The notes beneath the pieces are model-generated. The model was not told the origin of the DNA and did no database searches. It saw only the letters and a list, made by a program, of their open reading frames with translations. Below are positions 49,909 through 57,512 of a DNA stretch of 64,000 nucleotides, one piece after another (within the stretch, counting starts at the first letter, position 1; the number at the start of each line of letters is the position of its first letter). The position numbers and the translations under genes are program-made. Source of the stretch: a virus; IMG/VR virus record IMGVR_UViG_3300044981_000021, positions 1-64,000 of that record; one strand, written 5' to 3'.

Positions 49909-50313
49909 TTATGTAGACATTTCTACGAGTTCTTGTTTCCACTCGGATTGTTGACGGATGCGATCACGGCGGCGGAATTCTGCACGAATCATGGGTATCA
50001 TAATGCGACGGCGAGTAGCGTCATCATCGGCAAGATACAGATAAGCATTTTCGGCCTCGTTGGCACCGATTAAATCTTTGGCGTGGTCGTAATGTGGAAC
50101 CTCTCCATGCTTTAAAATGTCCATGTTTAGAACATTCTTTACTTCGTTTTTCAGGCTACGAGATTTTAGCGCATGATCGGCGGTAGAAATGCCAATAAAA
50201 CAGCAGCAACTAAAATACGCCAATTTGCCGTCTTGGGCATGTACCAAGAGTTGAGCTAGGCGTTCATCAGTATAATGTCTTTGCATGAAATCTCTGATTG
50301 GTTGTTTGTTCAT
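49909..50313 (-). CDS. hypothetical protein
   Basis: Start MNKQP after AAGGA. Confidence 0.6.
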   Translation of the reverse strand: MNKQPIRDFMQRHYTDERLAQLLVHAQDGKLAYFSCCCFIGISTADHALKSRSLKNEVKNVLNMDILKHGEVPHYDHAKDLIGANEAENAYLYLADDDATRRRIMIPMIRAEFRRRDRIRQQSEWKQELVEMST

Positions 50314-50365
50314 TTTCCTTCTCCCTTCGGAAAAATTGGGGCGAGCATTGCACTCGCCCGCAGGC

Positions 50366-50824
50366 TTATGCAACTTCTTGAAATGAATGAGTGGGTATGT
50401 CGGTACTGGTTTCTGTAACGACATTGCGGAACCGCTCCAAAAAGGCGATGCTTTGGTTGAGTTCGCTGATTTGGGATTGAAGGTTCTCAACTTCCGTCTT
50501 TTTGCCGTAAATCATGGTATCGAGCTTGGTGGCAAATTGCGATGGGTTGTTGAGCAGTTCGATGAGCGGGTTGACCTTCGCTTTGTTGTACGGTCCACGA
50601 GAAGTACGTTTAACGTAGGTCCGCGACTTTGCGACGGTTTCTTTGTGGGATACCTTGCCGAGCCTGTATGCCTTAGACCCTGTGCTTGTTCCTGAGACGC
50701 CGTGTTGCAATCGGTGAGTGCCCAATTTGGGACGCTTGTCGAAAGTCGTGCGCTTCCCGTCTGCGGCACATTCAGGACATGGAAACGGCGGTCCCTGAAT
50801 TTCGTTGGTTGAAATGTGATTCAT
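50366..50824 (-). CDS. C2H2 Zn-finger/coiled-coil protein
   Basis: CPEC...HRLQH; AGGAG RBS. Confidence 0.6.
   Translation of the reverse strand: MNHISTNEIQGPPFPCPECAADGKRTTFDKRPKLGTHRLQHGVSGTSTGSKAYRLGKVSHKETVAKSRTYVKRTSRGPYNKAKVNPLIELLNNPSQFATKLDTMIYGKKTEVENLQSQISELNQSIAFLERFRNVVTETSTDIPTHSFQEVA
50605..50617. repeat. 13-bp palindrome TACGTTTAACGTA
   Basis: Family member. Confidence 0.8.
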
Positions 50825-50871
50825 TGATTTTCTCTCTCCTGTGCAAGTTGCACATTAACTCAGATGAAGAG

Positions 50872-50900
50872 AGATTAAACAGCGATTCATTATTTGTCAA
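50872..50900 (-). promoter_or_regulatory. sigma70-type promoter TTGACA-17-TAATCT
   Basis: Consensus match. Confidence 0.55.
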
Positions 50901-50906
50901 GAGATT

Positions 50907-50993
50907 TGGTCCTGGCAGCAGGAGTTCAACCCGCACGCCCATTACGAGCACTGCATCCTAAGTGCAGCGTGTCTAGCATTCCACCATGCCGGG
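50907..50993 (-). tRNA. tRNA-Leu(TAG)
   Basis: Cloverleaf, loop CTTAGGA, long variable arm, CCA. Confidence 0.85.
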
Positions 50994-50995
50994 AC

Positions 50996-51079
50996 TGGTG
51001 CCCATGGAGCGATTTGCACGCTCACGCCTTGCGGCAGCGGGTCTTAAATCCGCCGTGTATCCTATTCCACCACATGGGC
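50996..51079 (-). tRNA. tRNA-Leu(TAA)
   Basis: Loop TTTAAGA, long arm, CCA. Confidence 0.85.
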
Positions 51080-51085
51080 AAAATC

Positions 51086-51174
51086 TGGTGCATTGGGAGA
51101 GATTTCAACTCTCATTACCCGTAGGGTAGATCGTTTTACAGACGATTGCGACCAAGCGTATTCGCCTCCAATGC
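51086..51174 (-). tRNA. tRNA-Tyr(GTA)
   Basis: Loop CTGTAAA, long arm, CCA. Confidence 0.88.
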
Positions 51175-51175
51175 A

Positions 51176-51261
51176 TGGAGGAAGGTAGAGGAGTTTAACC
51201 CCCATCCCCGTAGGGAGCGACTGGGTTCAGGCCAGTTTGACACACGGTGTCCGTACCTTCC
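51176..51261 (-). tRNA. tRNA-Ser(TGA), C33
   Basis: Loop CCTGAAC, long arm, CCA. Confidence 0.8.
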
Positions 51262-51262
51262 A

Positions 51263-51350
51263 TGGCGGAGAATATGCGAGTCGAACGCATTCGCCCCTTG
51301 CGGGTGCTCTTGTTTAGCAGACAAGCCCCTTGCCGTCCGGGTCATTCTCC
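51263..51350 (-). tRNA. tRNA-Ser(GCT)
   Basis: Loop CTGCTAA, long arm, CCA. Confidence 0.88.
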
Positions 51351-51752
51351 GATAATAAATTCTTTATATTTATTGCCTACAACAATCATCCATTTGTTGC
51401 CCTTTAATTTACCGTAGGGAATTTCATAACAGTCGCCATCGTTGGTGACCACAAACAACACGTCCGCCGCGTTTACGTTAAACGTGGCATATCTAGCCTT
51501 ACCGTCGGCCCGCATTGATGTTGAGCACAAACGAACAACCCACTTAATTCCACGCTTGCCAATTTTCTTTTGGCAGGTAACTCGTACTTGTATTCGAGAA
51601 AATTTTCCATGCGCAAAAACCACAAGATCGAACGGCTGACTATCGGTCAACGGTATGCATACGGTATGGCCTAGCGATGTATAGTGGGCGATGGCCACAC
51701 CTATACCGTGGTCGCCTTTTTGTTTCGAGCCTCGATGTTCATTTGGCTTCAT
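51342..51752 (-). CDS. PD-(D/E)XK endonuclease (group I intron-associated type)
   Basis: KGDHGI...IPLTDSQPFDLVV...IQVR...YEIP. Confidence 0.8.
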   Translation of the reverse strand: MKPNEHRGSKQKGDHGIGVAIAHYTSLGHTVCIPLTDSQPFDLVVFAHGKFSRIQVRVTCQKKIGKRGIKWVVRLCSTSMRADGKARYATFNVNAADVLFVVTNDGDCYEIPYGKLKGNKWMIVVGNKYKEFIIGE

Positions 51753-51775
51753 ATCGTTAATCTAACATCTAATCT

Positions 51776-51863
51776 TGGTCCGGCCTCTCGGACTCGAACC
51801 GAGAATGCTTTTTAGGGCGGATGATCTTGAGCCATCTGCGGCTTCCAGTTTCGCCAAGGCCGG
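51776..51863 (-). tRNA. tRNA-Leu(CAA)
   Basis: Loop CTCAAGA, long arm, CCA. Confidence 0.88.
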
Positions 51864-51871
51864 ATAAATTG

Positions 51872-51943
51872 TTATAGGGATAAACTATACGACAGCCATG
51901 AACGGCTGAGGTTCGAGAGTCGCAATGAGCGTAGAAGAGTCAT
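51872..51943 (-). CDS. leader peptide 3 MTLLRSLRLSNLSRSWLSYSLSL (Leu/Ser/Tyr codon sensor); may be the tail of ORF 51872..52078
   Basis: All 6 Leu codons, 5 of 6 Ser codons and TAT; stop lies 8 nt upstream of the Leu/Ser/Tyr tRNA block. Confidence 0.7.
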   Translation of the reverse strand: MTLLRSLRLSNLSRSWLSYSLSL

Positions 51944-52207
51944 TGGGGTTACTATGACCGCGCCGATTGCTGTCATGTGAATCAGCGCAGACCGTGCATC
52001 ATTGGCGATTGACCTATCCTCGCGAAAGCCATCTGAGACTTGAATTCCCGTTTCGCTTAACTCAATGTGACAGCCCATTATAGAGTTAATGTCGGCACCC
52101 TTTACTCTCAGCCGCCTCGGGTGCGAAATGTCCGGTGAAGCAATCGTTCGGTCGTACAGGTCTTTCTATTGGGTGGAATGTCTATCGCGACGTTCCGCGT
52201 TTAAAAT

Positions 52208-52282
52208 TGGGAGCAGGTACCGGATTTGCACCGGGTCTAAGCGTTATGAGCGCTTCGTATTGTCCTGCGCTACTAACCTGCT
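52208..52282 (-). tRNA. tRNA-CAT (Met; initiator/elongator/Ile2 identity unresolved)
   Basis: Loop CTCATAA, CCA. Confidence 0.75.
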
Positions 52283-52288
52283 TCGATG

Positions 52289-52318
52289 ATTAAAGCATGA
52301 GCGCGGGACGCGAGTCAA
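52289..52318 (-). promoter_or_regulatory. promoter for tRNA block 3 (TTGACT-18-TTTAAT, extended -10)
   Basis: Consensus match directly upstream of tRNA-CAT. Confidence 0.55.
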
Positions 52319-52321
52319 GTT

Positions 52322-52885
52322 TTATTCCGTGTCGAACTCAACCATTTCTTCGCCCTTGAATTTTACTTGTTGAAGAATTTCTAGTGGAATCAATCCATTC
52401 CTATATGCGACGATTACGCGATATTCTTCGAGTTTCAACTGACCCTTGAGTTTGTTGCACTCTAGGCAACAAGGAACTTTGAGTTTTCCGCCAAGACTTC
52501 GGGGCGTAACGTGGTCCTTGGTCCTAATAGCGTCCTTGGTGCAGTCTGTCATGTCCCGTCCGCAGTAAAAGCAACTGCTGTAATACTGCCGTGGCGTGAT
52601 ATTCGGGAAAAGCTTAATTCCAGGAATTTTGGGGGCCGATAACTGTATCGACTTAGGTTTTTTATCAGGAGCTAGGCGAATAAGGTGTTTTTCGCCAACG
52701 GTATGCGGAAGTACACAGGTTCCGTTCGGAGCAACACATTCTACTGGTTCTACCGAAATACCGCCACGGGGAACATTTCCAAAATGATATTGGAAGCGTT
52801 GATCGGCTTCTGTGATATCTTCGGCATCACAGGCAAGAATAATCTTGCCCCCGCTATAGCGGTCGCGATAGATGTAGTGCTTCAT
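52322..52885 (-). CDS. HNH endonuclease
   Basis: CFYCG...TKDHVTPRSLGG...CCLECNKLKG. Confidence 0.85.
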   Translation of the reverse strand: MKHYIYRDRYSGGKIILACDAEDITEADQRFQYHFGNVPRGGISVEPVECVAPNGTCVLPHTVGEKHLIRLAPDKKPKSIQLSAPKIPGIKLFPNITPRQYYSSCFYCGRDMTDCTKDAIRTKDHVTPRSLGGKLKVPCCLECNKLKGQLKLEEYRVIVAYRNGLIPLEILQQVKFKGEEMVEFDTE

Positions 52886-53057
52886 GGTTGGGCTAGGTTA
52901 ATTTATGGTCAGCGGCAAGTCAAGTTTCTCGCTTTAACATTTTAGTTATAACGCCATCGTTATTTTTACAACCTGAGCTATTTTGCTCAGTATTGGCTCC
53001 CCAAACTTTATAGCCTTGTCACAGATCGTGACATTCCAACCAAGAGAGGAAAACACA

Positions 53058-53327
53058 ATGAACGTGCAAACACTGGCTGAAATCATCGAAAACCTGAGAG
53101 CGCAAGGCAAAGCATTCAACGAAGCCGCCGATACGCTTCAGGACAACAGGGGAAACCAGCAGAACGGAAATGGCCGCGCTAACGGCTTTTTAAGGCTGCC
53201 TCCACACGGAAACGCTGGGCGGCACATGAGCGCGGAGACTCGCAAGAAAATGTCGGCATCGCAGAAGGCGCGACATGCTTCCAAGCATATCCCTGCGATA
53301 GTGTCGGTTGATGATATGGTTGCCTAG
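53058..53327 (+). CDS. small protein with NUMOD3-like DNA-binding motif
   Basis: GRHMSAETRKKMSASQKAR; GAGG RBS. Confidence 0.6.
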   Translation: MNVQTLAEIIENLRAQGKAFNEAADTLQDNRGNQQNGNGRANGFLRLPPHGNAGRHMSAETRKKMSASQKARHASKHIPAIVSVDDMVA

Positions 53328-53477
53328 GCAACTAATTCATCTTCGGGTTCTGGCGTAGGTATGTATTCATCGTATCCGCCCCAGAACCCGTCGTCCTTTG
53401 CGACAGGGGGTGCGTAGGACCACAGGATGATCCACGCTAGGATTAGGGCAACGGTGATTAGGTAGGCAAGCATAAAA

Positions 53478-53552
53478 TGGTCGGGGTAGCTGATTCTGCC
53501 ACAGCAACCCCTCGGTCCCAGGCCGAGTGCTCTGCTTTTGAGCTATACCCCG
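53478..53552 (-). tRNA. tRNA-Pro(TGG), C33, atypical T arm
   Basis: Loop CCTGGGA, CCA. Confidence 0.8.
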
Positions 53553-53557
53553 AAATT

Positions 53558-53633
53558 TGGTGGGACGGGCCAGAATCGGACTGGCTACCACATGGGCTTC
53601 AGCCATGCACTCTACCGGCGAGTTCCACGTCCC
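53558..53633 (-). tRNA. tRNA-Phe(GAA)
   Basis: Loop CTGAAGC, CCA. Confidence 0.8.
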
Positions 53634-53687
53634 AAAATATTTTAGTGCGCTTGATAAAGTTTACGCAACCACGTCATAATAACACTT

Positions 53688-54227
53688 ATGAAGATAGCCA
53701 TCCATCATGGTAAACGCCGCAAACTTTATGAAACAAATTGCCAACACTGCAAGATATCGTTTTATACGCCAAAACATAAACTAGACAAACAGTTGTCAAA
53801 GTATTGCTCCTTGCCGTGTTTCCACGCGGCCTCACGAACGGCAACAATAAAACCGTGCGCCATATGCGAAAAACAAATCACGAGAACTCTAACGGCCTTG
53901 TCGCGATGCAAAAGTGGCCTATTTTTCTGCTCACGTAAATGTAAATCCATAGGCCAAAGATTTGAAAATACAACCATGGCCGCCTGCCATCCTGCGCATT
54001 ACAAGGATGGTTCTTCGGCCTACGGTAGAATTGCGATTCGCCACCACGGTAATCACTGCAATCGTTGTGGCTACAAAGAACATATTGAAATACTCCGCAC
54101 TCACCATAAAGACAGAAATAGCGAAAACAACTTGCCGGATAACCTTGAGCGCTTATGCCCAAATTGTCACGAAACTGAACATTTTTTAGCGGGCGATGGT
54201 GTTTATACTGGACACAAACGCCACTAG
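53688..54227 (+). CDS. HNH endonuclease with Zn-finger repeats, inverted within tRNA array
   Basis: CxxC/YCS/FCS repeats; HHKDRN..NN...NLERLCPNCH. Confidence 0.85.
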   Translation: MKIAIHHGKRRKLYETNCQHCKISFYTPKHKLDKQLSKYCSLPCFHAASRTATIKPCAICEKQITRTLTALSRCKSGLFFCSRKCKSIGQRFENTTMAACHPAHYKDGSSAYGRIAIRHHGNHCNRCGYKEHIEILRTHHKDRNSENNLPDNLERLCPNCHETEHFLAGDGVYTGHKRH

Positions 54228-54243
54228 CTCACTGCTCAAAATT

Positions 54244-54318
54244 TGGTGGAGGCGCGGAGAGTCGAACTCCGGATACTTGGTTGCAGGCCAAGTGTGTTCC
54301 CGCTAGCACTACGCCCCC
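54244..54318 (-). tRNA. tRNA-Ala(TGC), C33
   Basis: Loop CCTGCAA, G3.U70 pair, CCA. Confidence 0.88.
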
Positions 54319-54320
54319 AT

Positions 54321-54396
54321 TGGGGTATACGAGGAGGGTCGAACTCCCTAAAGACTGTTCCACAGACAGTCGCCGCACCGTTTGGCTTCGCATACC
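54321..54396 (-). tRNA. tRNA-His(GTG)
   Basis: Loop CTGTGGA, G-1:C73, CCA. Confidence 0.88.
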
Positions 54397-54402
54397 ATAA
54401 CT

Positions 54403-54477
54403 TGGAGCTGAACGTCAGGCTTCAACTGACATCTCCGAATTCACAAGATTCGTGTTCTGGTTTTGAACTAGTTCAGC
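54403..54477 (-). tRNA. tRNA-Thr(TGT), G37
   Basis: Loop CTTGTGA, CCA. Confidence 0.8.
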
Positions 54478-55173
54478 AATTTCTCTAAATTCTCTTGTCC
54501 GTCTTTTCTTTCGCCTAGAAGCACTTGCTTGTTTATTTCGTGATCGAAACGTGGGCGTCAAGGCGTGGCAATTAGGGCATAGCAATTTCAGGTTTTCGTC
54601 CTTATTGTTGTCGGCGTCTCCGTTGATATGTTCTATTTCTAGGGGTATTGGTTTTTGCAGCCACTCGGTCAAGCCGCAACTTTCGCACCGATACCCACGA
54701 GTTCTAAATAAATATCCACGTAATGCATGACTAGTCCTAGCCGTTTCGGGAGAAGTGGTTAGACAATAAATCCGCATTCCGTAACACGAATTACAGAATT
54801 TCCTATGCGTCGAGCACGGCGTTCCACAATGTTCACACTGTCCGGACGTGAGTGCTCGCTTGCGGCGATGTTTTAAGTAACACGCCCGACTACACGACCG
54901 CTGCTTTCGCTTCTCGTATGACATCTTTTCGCCACAATAAATACAACGCTTATTAGCAGCTTTTTCTCTAGCCGCCAAGGAAATCCCAACTCTAAATGCA
55001 GTCAATTTGTCTTTGGCTGCCAACCATCCGATGCGCCCAACATCTTCCCTCGACATTATCGGCTGTTCCCGTGGATCGTTTGTGTATATTCTTCGTGTTG
55101 TTTTTAAGGTGCGATCCCGATTCTTGTAATACCACCTGCGACGAGCCGCACGCCTTTTATCTTGGTTGCGCAT
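54415..55173 (-). CDS. HNH endonuclease (3' end overlaps tRNA-Thr)
   Basis: CESCG..EW...PLEIEHINGDADNN..ENLKLLCPNCHALT. Confidence 0.85.
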   Translation of the reverse strand: MRNQDKRRAARRRWYYKNRDRTLKTTRRIYTNDPREQPIMSREDVGRIGWLAAKDKLTAFRVGISLAAREKAANKRCIYCGEKMSYEKRKQRSCSRACYLKHRRKRALTSGQCEHCGTPCSTHRKFCNSCYGMRIYCLTTSPETARTSHALRGYLFRTRGYRCESCGLTEWLQKPIPLEIEHINGDADNNKDENLKLLCPNCHALTPTFRSRNKQASASRRKKRRTREFREIAELVQNQNTNLVNSEMSVEA

Positions 55174-55181
55174 ATAAATGT

Positions 55182-55255
55182 TGGAGCCAAGAATACGAAT
55201 CGGACGTATGCTTCGGTCGTACCAGGACCGCGTACTGCCACTATACGATCAAGGC
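55182..55255 (-). tRNA. tRNA-Thr(GGT)
   Basis: Loop CTGGTAC, CCA; two acceptor-stem mismatches. Confidence 0.78.
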
Positions 55256-55257
55256 TC

Positions 55258-55332
55258 TGGAGCCGAGACGGCGAATCGAGCGCCGATAACGAGTTTACGA
55301 ATCTCGCATTCTTCCACTTGAATTATCCCGGC
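55258..55332 (-). tRNA. tRNA-Thr(CGT)
   Basis: Loop TTCGTAA, CCA. Confidence 0.82.
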
Positions 55333-55338
55333 CAAACT

Positions 55339-55413
55339 TGGACTGCCGTGAGCGAATCGGACGCTCGTATAAGGTTTTGCAGACCTCAGCCTAAACCACT
55401 CGGCCAACGGCAG
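55339..55413 (-). tRNA. tRNA-Cys(GCA)
   Basis: Loop CTGCAAA, U73, CCA. Confidence 0.88.
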
Positions 55414-55419
55414 TAAAAT

Positions 55420-55520
55420 CTAGGTGTACGGTCCAAGAATCGCCGCGTTCCCGAATCGAACGGACCAACGCCACTGCTGCCTTGCAAGCGACCAGCGCCT
55501 TGTTGCGCACATACACCTAG
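55420..55520 (-). ncRNA. candidate tRNA-like ncRNA (Y RNA/YrlA-like?)
   Basis: 9-bp terminal stem CTAGGTGTA/TACACCTAG, internal T-loop CCG-TTCGATT-CGG, no CCA or anticodon arm. Confidence 0.45.
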
Positions 55521-55524
55521 AACT

Positions 55525-55598
55525 TGGAGCGGGATGCCGTAATCGAAACGGCGTCTGGAGTTTGGAAGACTCCGGCCTTGCCACTAGACGAATCCCGC
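55525..55598 (-). tRNA. tRNA-Gly(TCC)
   Basis: Loop CTTCCAA, U73, CCA. Confidence 0.9.
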
Positions 55599-55844
55599 TT
55601 ACTCAACGCATACACCGTTCATGTTTGTGGCGGTGCATTCTAAACAAAATTCTACCGCATGTTTAACGCATGGATACTGCTTCCAGCCATGCCTAGCCAT
55701 GTAATGATCCCAATGGCTAGCGACCCAATAGCGGGGTCGCGAACTGGCACCAGCGCCGTGAGTCGGACACGGTACATCTGTTTTGGAGACAGATCGAGCA
55801 CCCTTTTCGTCTTCGCTGGCAAAAATCTTCTTGAACAACTTCAT
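55599..55844 (-). CDS. small hypothetical protein in tRNA array
   Basis: AAGGA RBS; fills the gap between tRNAs. Confidence 0.45.
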   Translation of the reverse strand: MKLFKKIFASEDEKGARSVSKTDVPCPTHGAGASSRPRYWVASHWDHYMARHGWKQYPCVKHAVEFCLECTATNMNGVCVE

Positions 55845-55867
55845 TAAACGAACTTCCTTTCGTAATC

Positions 55868-55946
55868 TGGCGGTCGCAGCGGAATTTGAATCCGCGATCT
55901 GTTCCGTGACAGGGAACTGGGGACGGCCTGACTCCCCTATGCGACC
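55868..55946 (-). tRNA. tRNA-Asp(GTC)
   Basis: Loop CTGTCAC, G73, CCA. Confidence 0.88.
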
Positions 55947-56133
55947 GAATCTTTACAATGCGTACAGATGCATCCCCTGCCATGCAATTTAGAGATGCAC
56001 TTACTGCACCAAAGTTGCGCCCAACCACCACAAAGTTTCTCGCCAATCACGTGCTCCTTTGCGTCCATGACGGTCATAACTGCCCCGCTGCACCTGTGGC
56101 AAAACCCGATATGTTTCACGTGCGACATAAAAA

Positions 56134-56207
56134 TGGCCCCGAGTAGTTGAATCGAACAACTGTTGGCTGATCCAGAGTCAGCAGTCTTGCCACTAAACGA
56201 ACTCGGA
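56134..56207 (-). tRNA. tRNA-Gln(CTG)
   Basis: Loop CTCTGGA, CCA. Confidence 0.88.
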
Positions 56208-56212
56208 AATCT

Positions 56213-56246
56213 TGGAGCCGGGAGTATTTTAATGAGCTATCCCGGC
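56213..56246 (-). pseudogene. 34-nt tRNA remnant/minihelix GCCGGGA-TAGCTCATTAAAATAC-TCCCGGC-T-CCA
   Basis: Perfect 7-bp acceptor stem, TAGCTCA D-arm start and CCA; anticodon and T arms absent. Confidence 0.7.
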
Positions 56247-56308
56247 GCGCTCACTCGCGGAGCGTTGTCTGAAAAGGCGATCAACCCTCCAGTCGCAACG
56301 ACGCAAAA

Positions 56309-56382
56309 TGGAAGGGAGTCTGAGAATCGGACTCAGGTCTGATGATCCAAAGTCATCGGCATTGCCATTATGCGAACTCCCT
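56309..56382 (-). tRNA. tRNA-Gln(TTG)
   Basis: Loop CTTTGGA, CCA. Confidence 0.88.
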
Positions 56383-56718
56383 AACTCTTCAACGGAATTG
56401 CGCGTACGCATCTCGCGCAAATCACAAAACTTGAATCTACATCTTTTTCTAGTTTGCGCCGCGCCTCGCGACATTCTTCCACTAGGGCACGATGGTCTGA
56501 TAGCCCCATGCGGCAGTAATCTATCGTCCCGGGCATTACAATCGCGCCTAGAAGTTCATGCTTCATAAATCCTTAACTCAAATGGCCCAAAGCGGTAACT
56601 TGTGTACGGGCTATATCCCCACATAAGCGTCCCGTTCATGCGTAACGTCTTGCCAAAACTCCATGCATCCCAATATGCGTGCCACGTTACGAGTTTGGAG
56701 CCGATAGTCATAAATCCT

Positions 56719-56793
56719 TGGTAGGGCCAACGGAAGTCGAATCCGTATTCACGCCTTGAAAGAGCGTTTACCTAGCCGTTAGTAGATGGCCCC
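56719..56793 (-). tRNA. tRNA-Glu(TTC)
   Basis: Loop CTTTCAA, CCA. Confidence 0.85.
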
Positions 56794-56799
56794 AAAACT

Positions 56800-57144
56800 T
56801 TATACGGTCGCAGAATTGGCTATCACGGCCTCCGCGTATTCCACTAAGGGGCCATAACGCCTGCTATATCTCTTGTTTTTGCTTTGCTCCTTTGGCGTTG
56901 CCCAACGAACATTGCCACGTTCGTAATGACCGTTATTGTTTATCCTTTCTAGTGTTGAACCCTCCGGCCTCGGGCCTAATTCTTACATGAATTCGCCAAA
57001 CGAAACAAATCTAAATTCTATCCCCCTGCCGCCGTAGTACCTGAAATCTTCGCAATTACTATTCATGCAACGGTATCGCGCATGGTCGAAAGATTTATAT
57101 TCCCGCTTAAATTGTTTCGTTAAGCCACTTCCCGAAAATCTCAC
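56800..57144 (-). pseudogene. HNH endonuclease with in-frame TAA (56983-56985)
   Basis: RC...YYGGRGI...FGEFM*ELGPRPEG.TLERINNNGHYERGNVRWAT; AGGAG RBS. Confidence 0.8.
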
Positions 57145-57156
57145 CGTTAATCTCCT

Positions 57157-57193
57157 AAAAAACGTTTAGCCCCGCATTGTTTTTCGGGGCTAA
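57157..57193 (-). terminator. attenuator terminator hairpin after leader 2
   Basis: TTAGCCCCG/CGGGGCTAA stem then ACGTTTTTT. Confidence 0.7.
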
Positions 57194-57199
57194 TTGAAC

Positions 57200-57212
57200 T
57201 ACGTTAAATGTA
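57200..57212. repeat. 13-bp palindrome TACGTTAAATGTA
   Basis: Family member, inside attenuator 2. Confidence 0.85.
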
Positions 57213-57226
57213 CTTTCCCCGATTGT

Positions 57227-57298
57227 TTATGGCGTACCTTCCCCCGCCTGCCATTGGGCTGGTGTCGGGAAGCAATCGGCATGAAATTGAACATTCAT
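57227..57298 (-). CDS. leader peptide 2 MNVQFHADCFPTPAQWQAGEGTP (codon sensor for tRNA block 2)
   Basis: 19 of codons 4-23 specify amino acids of the downstream tRNAs; promoter upstream, terminator downstream. Confidence 0.78.
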   Translation of the reverse strand: MNVQFHADCFPTPAQWQAGEGTP

Positions 57299-57312
57299 TG
57301 GTTAATGAAACA

Positions 57313-57342
57313 AGCCTAAAGCATGTCTGCTTGTTCTGTCAA
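57313..57342 (-). promoter_or_regulatory. promoter for block 2 (TTGACA-18-TAGGCT)
   Basis: Consensus match 14 nt before the leader ATG. Confidence 0.6.
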
Positions 57343-57350
57343 GAAAAAAG

Positions 57351-57427
57351 TGGAAGGCCGGATCGGACTTGAACCGACAACCTCAAGATTCGGAATCTTG
57401 CGCGAGTTCCCTTTTCGCTTCCGGCCC
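57351..57427 (-). tRNA. tRNA-Arg(CCG)
   Basis: Loop TTCCGAA, CCA. Confidence 0.85.
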
Positions 57428-57430
57428 AAA

Positions 57431-57507
57431 TGGTCCTAGCGACAGGATTCAAACCTGCATTCAACTGTTTAGGAAACAGTGCCGTTGTTCAGTTACGGAA
57501 CGCTAGG
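57431..57507 (-). tRNA. tRNA-Arg(CCT)
   Basis: Loop TTCCTAA, CCA. Confidence 0.85.
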
Positions 57508-57512
57508 AAAAT

